DNA of 52,080 bases, taken from positions 1-52,080 of IMG/VR virus record IMGVR_UViG_3300042363_000655; one strand, written 5' to 3'. A model generated the notes under the pieces. The model did not search any database. It had not been told where the DNA came from and saw nothing but the letters and a program-made list of their open reading frames with translations. A program made the position numbers and the translations under genes. This DNA comes from a virus. Its lineage: Duplodnaviria; Caudoviricetes. The stretch's first letter is position 1, and every line of letters starts with the position of its first letter. Of this stretch, positions 37,463 to 45,937 are shown piece after piece.

Positions 37463-37835
37463 TTTTACTTTACTAATAGTCCCAGACAAAGGTACTGGGG
37501 TTTTTGCAAACAAAGAATATACTGAGGGAGAATTATTGGGAGGTTTTTTACAAAACACTCCACCCAAGGTAGGACGTAAAGCTACAGATACATTATGGGA
37601 AACTGGAGTCTTAGGAAGATACTGTAATCATAGTGAAGTAGCTAATGCAACTATGGTTGAAATAGATGGAGGATTTGTCTTATATGCAAATAGGAATATC
37701 GATAGAGGAGACGAAGTAACTGTAAACTATTATGCTGTAGAGTTTAAATTAAACATACCCAGAGGCACACATGTAAATACTACCTTTGTGAGGAAGGATT
37801 ATAAAAATTACGGCAAGACTATATGCGAATATTAG
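37452..37835 (+). CDS. SET domain protein (methyltransferase)
   Basis: KGTGVFA, RYCNHSEVAN, ANRNIDRGDEVTVNY. Confidence 0.9.
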   Translation: MDPNFTLLIVPDKGTGVFANKEYTEGELLGGFLQNTPPKVGRKATDTLWETGVLGRYCNHSEVANATMVEIDGGFVLYANRNIDRGDEVTVNYYAVEFKLNIPRGTHVNTTFVRKDYKNYGKTICEY

Positions 37836-38386
37836 TATACGCTTTACCTAGAACAGGTTCAAATAACTTAACACATTACATTGCTAACTCTCTACATTAT
37901 AGAGAGATTATAGAACCGTATAACGAACATAGATTTTGGGATACAGATATAACTGAGTCTGATATTTGGAAGAAAGATAATGTAGTAGTTAAAATGATAA
38001 TCGGACAAGGTGATTATTGGTACGAAGATATAAAATCAAAATTCGATAAAGTAGTTGTACTCTATAGAGAGAATATTAAAGAACAAGCTGAGAGTTATGC
38101 TCATGCAGCTAAGTCTGTAGATTGGCATTTACCCTATGTTTACAATCCTGATAATATCTCTGAAGAAGAATACAATAAAGCTTATACAAAAATAGGAAGT
38201 AGAGTAGGTGAATTAAAAAGTATAGATGCCTTTCAAGTAACTTATGAGAACCTATACCTTTCCGGAACAGATAAAGATAGGTTAGATGAGTACATAGGTA
38301 TAACTAATAAGTCTTTTCGCTTTATGTTAGACAGTCGGAATAAGTATAGAAGAGATAGCACAGGAATAAAAAAGACTTTAATTTAG
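37823..38386 (+). CDS. sulfotransferase (Stf0-like P-loop fold)
   Basis: ALPRTGSN, EPYN, LYREN..EQAES, VTYENL. Confidence 0.75.
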   Translation: MRILVYALPRTGSNNLTHYIANSLHYREIIEPYNEHRFWDTDITESDIWKKDNVVVKMIIGQGDYWYEDIKSKFDKVVVLYRENIKEQAESYAHAAKSVDWHLPYVYNPDNISEEEYNKAYTKIGSRVGELKSIDAFQVTYENLYLSGTDKDRLDEYIGITNKSFRFMLDSRNKYRRDSTGIKKTLI

Positions 38387-38417
38387 TTGCTTTAGAACAT
38401 ATTTTTTCTTATCTTAA
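38386..38417 (+). promoter_or_regulatory. putative phage promoter GTTGC-N16-TCTTATCTTAA
   Basis: Repeated motif family. Confidence 0.6.
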
Positions 38418-38421
38418 GTGT

Positions 38422-38532
38422 ATGGAAAATCAAGGAAGAAGACCCGATCAAATTAAGTTTGCAGAAGATGCTACTTTTTGGGCAATAATCGGACTAGTAT
38501 TAACATTACTTTACACAGTAGTAAAATCGTAG
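38422..38532 (+). CDS. 36-aa membrane peptide (not in ORF track)
   Basis: MENQGRRPDQIKFAEDATFWAIIGLVLTLLYTVVKS* directly after promoter. Confidence 0.55.
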   Translation: MENQGRRPDQIKFAEDATFWAIIGLVLTLLYTVVKS

Positions 38533-38535
38533 ACT

Positions 38536-39087
38536 ATGGAAGTAAAATTTGCAGATAGTTTTTTTGATAGTTTAAGAACATTAAGAAGACATAACACCTG
38601 GTGGTATAAGACTTATAAGTTTATTAGATGGGATGTAAAAAACTTTCTAAAGAACGTATGGACCTTTCGTAAAGAGTTATGGGAACATAGATGGTGGGAT
38701 TATAGGTTTACTTTAAACTTATTTGAACGCTCTCTCGAGGTTCAAGAACTAGGTATGAGGATTGGTGGGCATGAAATATCAGAGACTAGAGACCCTAAGT
38801 TAAAAGCAATGCGTAGAGTATTAGAGTTGCTTAAGAATAATAGAGAAGATAATTACGTTGATAGAGCAGAAGAAGAACTAGGACAATTACAAAACTTAGG
38901 AGGCTTTTTAGAGGGTATCGATGATACTCCAGCTCAGGTAAGACATAATAGAAAGGTATTTGTTAGAGCTAGACAAATAGAACAAGAGGAGTGGAAAGAG
39001 CTTTGGGATATCTTAGAAGGAACAAAGCGTTCAAAAAAGCCTGGAGGCGAATATGATGGAAGTGATATAAGAGGATGGTGGGATTAA
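38536..39087 (+). CDS. hypothetical phage protein (Trp-rich, ends RGWWD)
   Basis: 183-aa ORF. Confidence 0.75.
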   Translation: MEVKFADSFFDSLRTLRRHNTWWYKTYKFIRWDVKNFLKNVWTFRKELWEHRWWDYRFTLNLFERSLEVQELGMRIGGHEISETRDPKLKAMRRVLELLKNNREDNYVDRAEEELGQLQNLGGFLEGIDDTPAQVRHNRKVFVRARQIEQEEWKELWDILEGTKRSKKPGGEYDGSDIRGWWD

Positions 39088-39097
39088 TTTAAAAAGA

Positions 39098-39577
39098 ATG
39101 AAACAGGTAATGATTATAGTAGCATTTATCTTACTAGGTGAGGTAAGTGTTGCACAGACGGCTGAAGTAACTACAAGTGGTACATATGTAAATAAGACAT
39201 TTAGTGCTTTAGATCAGTTTGTGTTTTATTGGGTAGGTAGACCTTACAAACTAGGAGGTTCAACAGAGAGTGGAATTGATTGCTCTCAGCTCACAAAGCG
39301 TTGTTATAAGGAAGTCTACGGTAAGGATTTGGCTAACGTTGCATATAAGCAATGGAACCAAACAGAGAGAATAAAGAGAGATAGCCTTGAAGTTGGTGAC
39401 TTAATCTTCTTTAAAAGTAAGCAATCACCAAGCGGTTGGCATTGTGGAATCTATATTGGTAATGAGATGTTCTTTCATGCAGCTAATCGCTATGAAGGAG
39501 TAAAGATAAGTAATTTAACGGAACCTAGATATAAGAATAATATAAGAGGATACGGAAGACTTAAAACAGATAAATAA
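39098..39577 (+). CDS. NlpC/P60 (C40) cell-wall peptidase with signal peptide
   Basis: GRPYKLGG, GIDCS, GDLIFF, HCGIYIG, FHA. Confidence 0.93.
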   Translation: MKQVMIIVAFILLGEVSVAQTAEVTTSGTYVNKTFSALDQFVFYWVGRPYKLGGSTESGIDCSQLTKRCYKEVYGKDLANVAYKQWNQTERIKRDSLEVGDLIFFKSKQSPSGWHCGIYIGNEMFFHAANRYEGVKISNLTEPRYKNNIRGYGRLKTDK

Positions 39578-39584
39578 TAATAAC

Positions 39585-39746
39585 ATGGAATATCTACCAG
39601 TATTTGTAATTATGTTTATAGTAGTAGCATTCATCTCTTGGAGATGGGTAGTAGGTATTGACTATATGCATAAGAATCATCCTGATTATAAAGGAGATGA
39701 TTTATTCGGACCTTTTGATGAAGATGATAAAGATCATGTTCTCTAG
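39585..39746 (+). CDS. 53-aa membrane peptide (not in ORF track)
   Basis: TM helix then GIDYMHKNHPDYKGDDLF. Confidence 0.6.
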   Translation: MEYLPVFVIMFIVVAFISWRWVVGIDYMHKNHPDYKGDDLFGPFDEDDKDHVL

Positions 39747-39758
39747 GGAAATAAAGTA

Positions 39759-39790
39759 GTTGCTTTATATCAGTTAAATTCGTATCTTTA
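39759..39790 (+). promoter_or_regulatory. putative phage promoter GTTGC-N16-TCGTATCTTTA
   Basis: Repeated motif family. Confidence 0.65.
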
Positions 39791-39804
39791 TTAAAAGTTA
39801 AAAT

Positions 39805-39945
39805 ATGGCAATAGCGATAGTGAGTTGGGTAGCTTTCTTAATATGGATAGCAATAGAATATTACACTGCACCAACTGTAAATCAGCAAGGTAAGACAGTT
39901 ATACCTGGACGAAAATTAAAAGATCTCTTTAAAAAGAAAAAATAA
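39805..39945 (+). CDS. 46-aa membrane peptide (not in ORF track)
   Basis: MAIAIVSWVAFLIWIAIEYYTAP...KKKK*. Confidence 0.55.
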   Translation: MAIAIVSWVAFLIWIAIEYYTAPTVNQQGKTVIPGRKLKDLFKKKK

Positions 39946-39947
39946 AT

Positions 39948-40202
39948 ATGAAAAGAAATACGTTACTATTAATCATCGGAGTAGTCATTCTACTTTTTTG
40001 GGCTATATCAACTAGGAATATGGCTGTAAATCATAAACAAAAAGCAGAGCAGTTACAAGCTCAAGTAGATAGCTTACAGAGTGAGAATTTTGTATTACAA
40101 ACACAGTTAGGAAGATACGAATTAACACTAGAGTATTTAGAGAAAGAAAACCCAGAAGCAGCTCTTCAGGCCAATAACTATATGAATCATGAGACTGAGT
40201 AA
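39948..40202 (+). CDS. membrane-anchored coiled-coil protein
   Basis: TM plus LQAQVDSLQ; similar to next ORF. Confidence 0.7.
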   Translation: MKRNTLLLIIGVVILLFWAISTRNMAVNHKQKAEQLQAQVDSLQSENFVLQTQLGRYELTLEYLEKENPEAALQANNYMNHETE

Positions 40203-40542
40203 TATCTTTAACGGAGTAGGTCTTGTTGCACTACTAGCCCTTGTAGTGTATACTTGTTCAAAAGAAACAATTGTAGAACCAGTTGTAAAGTCTAATACCG
40301 ATTCATTACAAGCTGTAGTAGATTCTCTACAAGCTGAGATTATATTTCAGAATGAAGGTTTCGATTCAAAAGAGAAGCGATACGAAGATGTTATCTCTGA
40401 ATATCAATTTGGTATAGAATATATAGAAAAGTATCATCCAGAAGCTTATAGAGACTTTCATAGAATTATAGGCTTTAAAGAACGATTCAGAAGATCAGAC
40501 GAAATAGAAAACAAAAAAAGGTTATCCATTGAAAAAGATTAA
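40189..40542 (+). CDS. membrane-anchored or lipoprotein coiled-coil protein
   Basis: Hydrophobic stretch ending YTC; LQAVVDSLQ. Confidence 0.7.
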   Translation: MRLSNIFNGVGLVALLALVVYTCSKETIVEPVVKSNTDSLQAVVDSLQAEIIFQNEGFDSKEKRYEDVISEYQFGIEYIEKYHPEAYRDFHRIIGFKERFRRSDEIENKKRLSIEKD

Positions 40543-40915
40543 ACCCATTCATAAGTTTAACGGAGGAAGAGGAGCTACTCTATGCCACAAATGTAATAGA
40601 ATCATAACAGAAGGTATGACAGAAGATTTATATTGTGAAGAGCATGGCGGTAAACCTTCTTATAAGTACAAGCTTGTTAGGTCTAGAGATAACATGACAG
40701 TAACAGGAACGAAAGTACTTTGGTTAGAGTGGAATGAGAATGGAACTTTTAAAAAAGAGCACGAACAACCTACAATAGGAGCTAGTGTAGTGGTAAACCC
40801 TCAGTACGGAACCTATACATGGTTAACAACTCCAATGTTATCTTATACAGAAGAGGATGGAGTTATAACTTTCAATACAGAGAATAGTACATATAAACTT
40901 TATAGCAATGCCTAA
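40529..40915 (+). CDS. hypothetical protein with Zn-binding motif
   Basis: HKFNGGRGATLCHKC...CEEH; TENSTYKL. Confidence 0.65.
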   Translation: MKKIKPIHKFNGGRGATLCHKCNRIITEGMTEDLYCEEHGGKPSYKYKLVRSRDNMTVTGTKVLWLEWNENGTFKKEHEQPTIGASVVVNPQYGTYTWLTTPMLSYTEEDGVITFNTENSTYKLYSNA

Positions 40916-41159
40916 AGCAACATTAGAATATAACCTAGACGACATCGATGATAGTGATGCTCATTTGAGAGCTATAAAATCTCTATCTTTAACATTAGCT
41001 CTTTGGGAGATGGATCAACATCTTAGGTCTGAATTAAAGTACGGAACTAGAGAAGGAGAGCTATCAGATGAAGCTTATACAGCAATAGAACGAACTAGAA
41101 CAAAACTACATGAAATTCTAGAAGAAAACGGAATAATATTAGATGAATTAATGCGATAA
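40908..41159 (+). CDS. hypothetical protein
   Basis: ORF in coupled run. Confidence 0.7.
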   Translation: MPKATLEYNLDDIDDSDAHLRAIKSLSLTLALWEMDQHLRSELKYGTREGELSDEAYTAIERTRTKLHEILEENGIILDELMR

Positions 41160-41162
41160 ATT

Positions 41163-41459
41163 ATGTCAACACAATTAGAATTAGATTTTGGCCCTGAGTT
41201 TGGTAAACCGGATATAGAAGCATATCTTAATCCAGATATAGAATCTATGCTTAAACTAGAGCCAATTAACCCAGGACATTATCTTGAGTTAATGGATAGA
41301 TTGCACGTAGTGCTTTGTACGGTTAATGACCATATATTCTACCATCCGATATCTTTACAAAATAAAGAAGTAGCTATCTTAGTAGAGAATGCTATAGAAA
41401 AGTTAGCAGAAGCTTATCAGCTTGTAGGATCTTTAGAAGAAAATAATACATCTAAATAA
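41163..41459 (+). CDS. hypothetical protein
   Basis: ORF in coupled run. Confidence 0.7.
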   Translation: MSTQLELDFGPEFGKPDIEAYLNPDIESMLKLEPINPGHYLELMDRLHVVLCTVNDHIFYHPISLQNKEVAILVENAIEKLAEAYQLVGSLEENNTSK

Positions 41460-41465
41460 ATCAAT

Positions 41466-41783
41466 ATGAAAAAGTTATTAGTAATTTTAAGTTTTTTTTT
41501 CGTAAGCAATGCTGTAGCTCAAACTCTAAGTTTCAAAGATAGAGTTGAAGAAATTGTCATAGGGCACGACAAGTATAAAATCGCAGTAAAATATACTCCT
41601 TCCGGACATCGAATCTATATTCCAATGAGGAAAGTATTTAATGGGAAAGTATTACGCGAATGGGTTTATAGTGACTTTGTTTTTACTACTAGAGCTAAAG
41701 CTTTGGAAGTAATTAGGGAGTGGAAAGAAGAAGAAGAGATGGATAGAAAGCTTAAGCGAGTGGAATACATCTATATCAAATAG
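41466..41783 (+). CDS. secreted hypothetical protein
   Basis: Signal peptide ending AVA-Q. Confidence 0.7.
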   Translation: MKKLLVILSFFFVSNAVAQTLSFKDRVEEIVIGHDKYKIAVKYTPSGHRIYIPMRKVFNGKVLREWVYSDFVFTTRAKALEVIREWKEEEEMDRKLKRVEYIYIK

Positions 41784-41835
41784 TTTGTATCAAGCCAGAA
41801 AAAGCATATATTTATAGATATAAAACGTCTATTTT

Positions 41836-42444
41836 ATGTTTTTCCGCAAAGATCCTAACGTTCGAGCTTTTTTAGAATTTGTTAAACAAGAGTGTAAAAA
41901 ACATAAAGTAAAGCTAGAGCTTAGGAAGGTTAGGTACCTGAAGCTAGATAAGACAATTAAGTGCGGAGGTTATTTTGATTCAGAAGAGAGAAGGCTTGTA
42001 GTAGCAACAAAAAATGAAGATACTTGGTTACCGTTATTAGTTCATGAGTTTGCTCACTTAACACAATGGGTAGATAATTGCGAACCATGGGCAAAAGGAG
42101 CAGATGGTCTTTTCTTTGTAGAAGAATGGTTATCAGGTAAGAAAGTTAGAAATATTAAGAAGTACTTAGGGCAGAGTAGAGATCTTGAATTAGACAATGA
42201 GAAACGCTCAGTAAAGCTAATAAAGAAGTGGGATCTACCTATTAACATAGAGGACTATATCAAGAGAGCTAATGCATATGTTCAGTTTTATAACTACATG
42301 TATTACTCTAGAAAATGGTGTAAACCAGGTAACTCTCCTTATAGAAACCAGGCAATTTACGAAGCAATGCCTAGTAGCTTTAGGATGAATTATAAAAAGA
42401 TGTCAGAGAAGTATGTAAAAATTTATAAAGAACAAAATATATAA
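41836..42444 (+). CDS. HExxH zincin-like protein
   Basis: CGGYF, LLVHEFAH, downstream ELDNE. Confidence 0.7.
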   Translation: MFFRKDPNVRAFLEFVKQECKKHKVKLELRKVRYLKLDKTIKCGGYFDSEERRLVVATKNEDTWLPLLVHEFAHLTQWVDNCEPWAKGADGLFFVEEWLSGKKVRNIKKYLGQSRDLELDNEKRSVKLIKKWDLPINIEDYIKRANAYVQFYNYMYYSRKWCKPGNSPYRNQAIYEAMPSSFRMNYKKMSEKYVKIYKEQNI

Positions 42445-42462
42445 ACCAAACCAATAAATGTT

Positions 42463-42651
42463 ATGACAAAAAGTTATTATGTAGCATCAACCAGAATTTC
42501 TCCTAAGATCGCAGATTTAGTAGAATATGGTCATCATATTGTAGTAGAAGATATTACATATGAGAGATTAAGATCAGCACCAAGAGGACGTTCTATTAAA
42601 AGACGCCTTCAAAACCCATCAACAGAAGAACAAATTGTAATCTTTAACTAA
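42463..42651 (+). CDS. hypothetical protein
   Basis: GTT-ATG start. Confidence 0.6.
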   Translation: MTKSYYVASTRISPKIADLVEYGHHIVVEDITYERLRSAPRGRSIKRRLQNPSTEEQIVIFN

Positions 42652-42652
42652 T

Positions 42653-42886
42653 ATGAATAAGATCTTTGAGATAGTAGAAGCCTGGTCGACAGCGATAAAT
42701 CCTTCACCTATTCGAAAAAGATTAGCAGAGATTAGATATAAGGTCTGTGATACTTGTGAATTTAGAGGAACTAATGCTGTTGGTATAGAAGTATGTAACG
42801 CATGTGGATGTCCACTAAAGGGTAAAGTATTTACTTCAGCAACTCCAGCACAAAACAACTGTCCAAAAGGTAAATGGCCAGCTTAA
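42653..42886 (+). CDS. Cys-rich metal-binding protein, paralog of 31240-31521
   Basis: RYKVCDTC...CNACGCPLKGKVFT...CPKGKW. Confidence 0.75.
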   Translation: MNKIFEIVEAWSTAINPSPIRKRLAEIRYKVCDTCEFRGTNAVGIEVCNACGCPLKGKVFTSATPAQNNCPKGKWPA

Positions 42887-42895
42887 TAAACAGAT

Positions 42896-43141
42896 ATGGC
42901 AGAATATAGCAAACAATGGGCTGAAATAAACGACCCAGACTTTCCTTGGGATTTTGATATCGAAGAGGAATTAGAGACTATACCTCATGGTTATTATAAG
43001 ACAATAATATGTGAGGGCTTTGGATTTCTAGCAATAGAAAGAACCACAGAAGGTAAAGTGCAGCTTCTGTTTCCTGCAAAGGATGATTTGATAGAGCGAG
43101 TAGATTATAAGAAATTCATAGAAAGTCAAAAAAGAAAATAA
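42896..43141 (+). CDS. hypothetical protein
   Basis: ORF in coupled run. Confidence 0.7.
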   Translation: MAEYSKQWAEINDPDFPWDFDIEEELETIPHGYYKTIICEGFGFLAIERTTEGKVQLLFPAKDDLIERVDYKKFIESQKRK

Positions 43142-43326
43142 TGGAACATTACTTAGTAGTTTACTACTTATGTTTAGGAATGGTATGGGGAGCTTGGTTA
43201 GAATGGTTCACAACTGCCAGACAGATAGGACCACCTTGGACCTTTTCAGATAGAATCCGAAATGTTGTATTCTGGCCTATAATTGTTTCTGTATTTCTCT
43301 ATTACTTTTTCAACGAAGACGAATAA
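43141..43326 (+). CDS. small membrane protein
   Basis: Two hydrophobic segments, FWP motif. Confidence 0.65.
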   Translation: MEHYLVVYYLCLGMVWGAWLEWFTTARQIGPPWTFSDRIRNVVFWPIIVSVFLYYFFNEDE

Positions 43327-43344
43327 TGCTTCCGGAAAAAAAGA

Positions 43345-43381
43345 GTTGCCTCTTAAGATTATTTTTCGTATCTTAAGGTAT
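43345..43381 (+). promoter_or_regulatory. putative early promoter GTTGC-N16-TCGTATCTTAAGGTAT
   Basis: Consensus copy; TTCCGGAA at 43330 just upstream. Confidence 0.75.
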
Positions 43382-43400
43382 ACTTAAAAAGATAAAGGTT

Positions 43401-43814
43401 ATGATCAAACAAACTTACGTTAATCGCTATCGCGATCAGATTGTCTTCGAACAAGAAGGAGATACTATTGCAATGTCTGGGTATAATCCAGAGTACTGCC
43501 GTTATGGCTTTCCAAATATTTATACAGGAGCTTATGAAGCTTATTGCGATGTAGTTTATGAAGTACCAGATGGTCAGCCGATGTCTTTAGAGAAGTTCAA
43601 AGAAGTAGTCCACGAGTGGAGAGATGGTAAGAATTGGATTATGAAATTATTTGGTCCACTAGTTACCTCTGATACAGAGACAGTTAATATGTTTGATCCT
43701 TCAGGAGGGCCTTACATTACTACTGGAATGGATATGTCTCATTTTGGATTAGAAGGTATCATAGATGCCATTAAGCTTGGAGACGGTAAAGTAACATTAA
43801 CAGTTAAAAAATAA
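43401..43814 (+). CDS. hypothetical early protein (NRY...DPSGGPYI)
   Basis: AAAGGTT-ATG start. Confidence 0.75.
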   Translation: MIKQTYVNRYRDQIVFEQEGDTIAMSGYNPEYCRYGFPNIYTGAYEAYCDVVYEVPDGQPMSLEKFKEVVHEWRDGKNWIMKLFGPLVTSDTETVNMFDPSGGPYITTGMDMSHFGLEGIIDAIKLGDGKVTLTVKK

Positions 43815-43819
43815 AGGTT

Positions 43820-44032
43820 ATGAATAACGAAAAGAAAACAGCCGCATTTATGAAAGTCTATAAGACTATTCAATCAGTAACTAACATTCTTCATTTCGAA
43901 GCTTGTGAGAAAATGATAGAAACTTATACAAGATTTGAAGTAAGTTTAGGTACAGATCCTACAATTGCTCTAGAGAAAAAGCAGATATTACAGCAGTTTT
44001 TCAATCAAAAACAAGCAGAATTTGCTGCATAA
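43820..44032 (+). CDS. hypothetical protein
   Basis: AAAGGTT-ATG start. Confidence 0.7.
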   Translation: MNNEKKTAAFMKVYKTIQSVTNILHFEACEKMIETYTRFEVSLGTDPTIALEKKQILQQFFNQKQAEFAA

Positions 44033-44048
44033 CTCATTGATTCTCAAT
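44030..44048. repeat. 19-bp repeat TAACTCATTGATTCTCAAT, copy 1 (IHF consensus on minus strand)
   Basis: Identical to copies within 45933-45978. Confidence 0.8.
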
Positions 44049-44063
44049 AAAAGTAAAAATAAA

Positions 44064-44100
44064 GTTGCTAGTCTGCGTACTAGTTACTATCTTAAGGTAT
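44064..44100 (+). promoter_or_regulatory. putative early promoter
   Basis: GTTGCTAGTCTGCGTAC...TATCTTAAGGTAT. Confidence 0.7.
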
Positions 44101-44115
44101 ATTAAAAATTATAGT

Positions 44116-44298
44116 ATGAAACAAAGAATTATTTATTTAGGTCTGTCTTTTATTTCTTTTACTGCAGCAGGATTGTTAATTACCGGTAATACTGGTTTAG
44201 AGATCCAACCACTTAACGAAGCAGCAACATTTTCAGTTTGTGGTATGTTAGGTTTCCTATCATTATTTGCAGCAGTTTCAAAAGATAAAAAAGACTAA
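44116..44298 (+). CDS. small membrane protein
   Basis: Likely start ATG 44116; two TM segments. Confidence 0.65.
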   Translation: MKQRIIYLGLSFISFTAAGLLITGNTGLEIQPLNEAATFSVCGMLGFLSLFAAVSKDKKD

Positions 44299-44299
44299 T

Positions 44300-44467
44300 A
44301 TGATAAAGCTCGTTACTTTACTTGTTATAGTATCAGTTGTTATTTTTATAGAGCTATGGCTTATACATTGGGCAGTAGGTCTATTCTATCCAATTACCTA
44401 TATGCAGGCATTTGGAATATCTATCCTATGTTCAATATTAGGAGCAGCTTTTAGAAGTAGAAAATAA
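44300..44467 (+). CDS. small membrane protein
   Basis: Likely start ATG 44300; PITYMQAFG. Confidence 0.65.
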   Translation: MIKLVTLLVIVSVVIFIELWLIHWAVGLFYPITYMQAFGISILCSILGAAFRSRK

Positions 44468-44484
44468 GATATAGATTAAGGGTT

Positions 44485-45153
44485 ATGAAAATTACATTAG
44501 AAAGAGATCAGAAGCTATTCTTTACTTCCGATACACATTACAATCATAAGAACATCTGTAGAGGAGTTACAGGTTGGAGAACTGCTGATGATCGAATACC
44601 AATCGATCAGACTAGAGACTTTCCGGACCTAGAAAAGATGAATGCTACTATCGTAGATAATATAAACGGAGTAGTAGGTCAAGATGATATCTTAATTCAC
44701 TTAGGTGACTGGTCTTTTGGAGGCTTTGAATCAATCAAAGAATTTAGAGATAGACTAATTTGTAAGAATATCTATCTTGCTTATGGTAACCATGATCACC
44801 ATATCCAGAATAACAGACAAGGCATTCAAGGAATCTTTACTAAGACCTTCCAATACGAAGTACTATCTGTTTACAGCCCTAAAGGAGTCCACTTGCATGA
44901 CTTTGTAATAGACCACTATCCTTTATGTAGCTGGCATGATATGAACAGAGGAAGGTTTCATTTATTTGGTCACGTTCATTTACCTTCTAATAAGAAGTTT
45001 ATGGGAGGTCGGTCAATGGATGTAGGAATGGATGGAAATAATATGACACCTTACTTAATGGAAGATGTAGTTAGAATGCTTTCTGGAAGACCAGTCCAAG
45101 CAAATAGACTACCTCAAGATCACCACGAAGAAAGACTAAAAGGAGAACAATAA
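44485..45153 (+). CDS. calcineurin-like metallophosphoesterase
   Basis: SDTHYNH, HLGDW, GNHD, HYP, GHVH, DVGMD. Confidence 0.93.
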   Translation: MKITLERDQKLFFTSDTHYNHKNICRGVTGWRTADDRIPIDQTRDFPDLEKMNATIVDNINGVVGQDDILIHLGDWSFGGFESIKEFRDRLICKNIYLAYGNHDHHIQNNRQGIQGIFTKTFQYEVLSVYSPKGVHLHDFVIDHYPLCSWHDMNRGRFHLFGHVHLPSNKKFMGGRSMDVGMDGNNMTPYLMEDVVRMLSGRPVQANRLPQDHHEERLKGEQ

Positions 45154-45617
45154 TGAAAAAGAATATATACTTAGACGACGTTAGAACGCCACTAGAAGGT
45201 ATTTGGACTGTTGCAAGAAGCTATGAGCAGTTTGTAGAAGTTGTATCAGAAATTGGCTTAGAAAATATAGAGACTATCTCCTTAGATCATGATTTAGGAG
45301 ACAGTGCTATGTTTGAGTACTACAACAACGTTAGAGATAACTATAAGTTAGAGTATGAGAATATTAATGAAAAGACAGGATATGATTGCTGTAAATATTT
45401 AGTAGATTTAAGCATTGATACAGAAATACCCCTGCCTGTTATATTTATTCATTCAGCGAATCCAATTGGGTCTGCTAATATGATGGGATACATTAACAAT
45501 TATTTGAAGAATTGCAAACTACCACAGACTTGTGTTAGAGTTGAAATACCTCATAAAATTGAAGAAGAGTTTATTCTATCACCCGAAGCAAGAGAAGCAA
45601 AATGGAGAAGAAAATGA
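45153..45617 (+). CDS. cyclic-phosphate-processing receiver-domain protein
   Basis: IYLDDVRTP, ISLDHDLG, KTGYD, HSANPIG. Confidence 0.8.
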   Translation: MKKNIYLDDVRTPLEGIWTVARSYEQFVEVVSEIGLENIETISLDHDLGDSAMFEYYNNVRDNYKLEYENINEKTGYDCCKYLVDLSIDTEIPLPVIFIHSANPIGSANMMGYINNYLKNCKLPQTCVRVEIPHKIEEEFILSPEAREAKWRRK

Positions 45618-45937
45618 TAAAACGTCCTACAATGAGAGTAAAAGTTAAAAAAATAGTAAAAGAGTATAGAGAAGCTTCTATTCTGGAAATCTGGGAAGCA
45701 GCAAGAGATAACTTTATCTTTGGCTTCTTAGGAGCTACTCTAGTAGTCTTTATTGCTACTAAAACAGACCTAGCAGTTCTAGGAGGTTATCTAGCTTATT
45801 ATTTCTTCATGGGTAGGATTGTAAACCGTCCAAAGTATGTAACAGACTTAGGTAAGTTAATTATGTTTCCTCTACCTTCTGCCTTAGGAGCATTTGCAGG
45901 ATACAAGCTTTCCTACATATTATTAGAGCTTTTATAA
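45602..45937 (+). CDS. small membrane protein
   Basis: Hydrophobic helices; NRPKY motif. Confidence 0.7.
   Translation: MEKKMIKRPTMRVKVKKIVKEYREASILEIWEAARDNFIFGFLGATLVVFIATKTDLAVLGGYLAYYFFMGRIVNRPKYVTDLGKLIMFPLPSALGAFAGYKLSYILLELL

Noticed and set aside
44065-44299. Track starts at 44065, 44267 and 16058
   Set aside because: They lie inside a promoter or the upstream gene; ATGs at 44116, 44300 and 16085 fit better.
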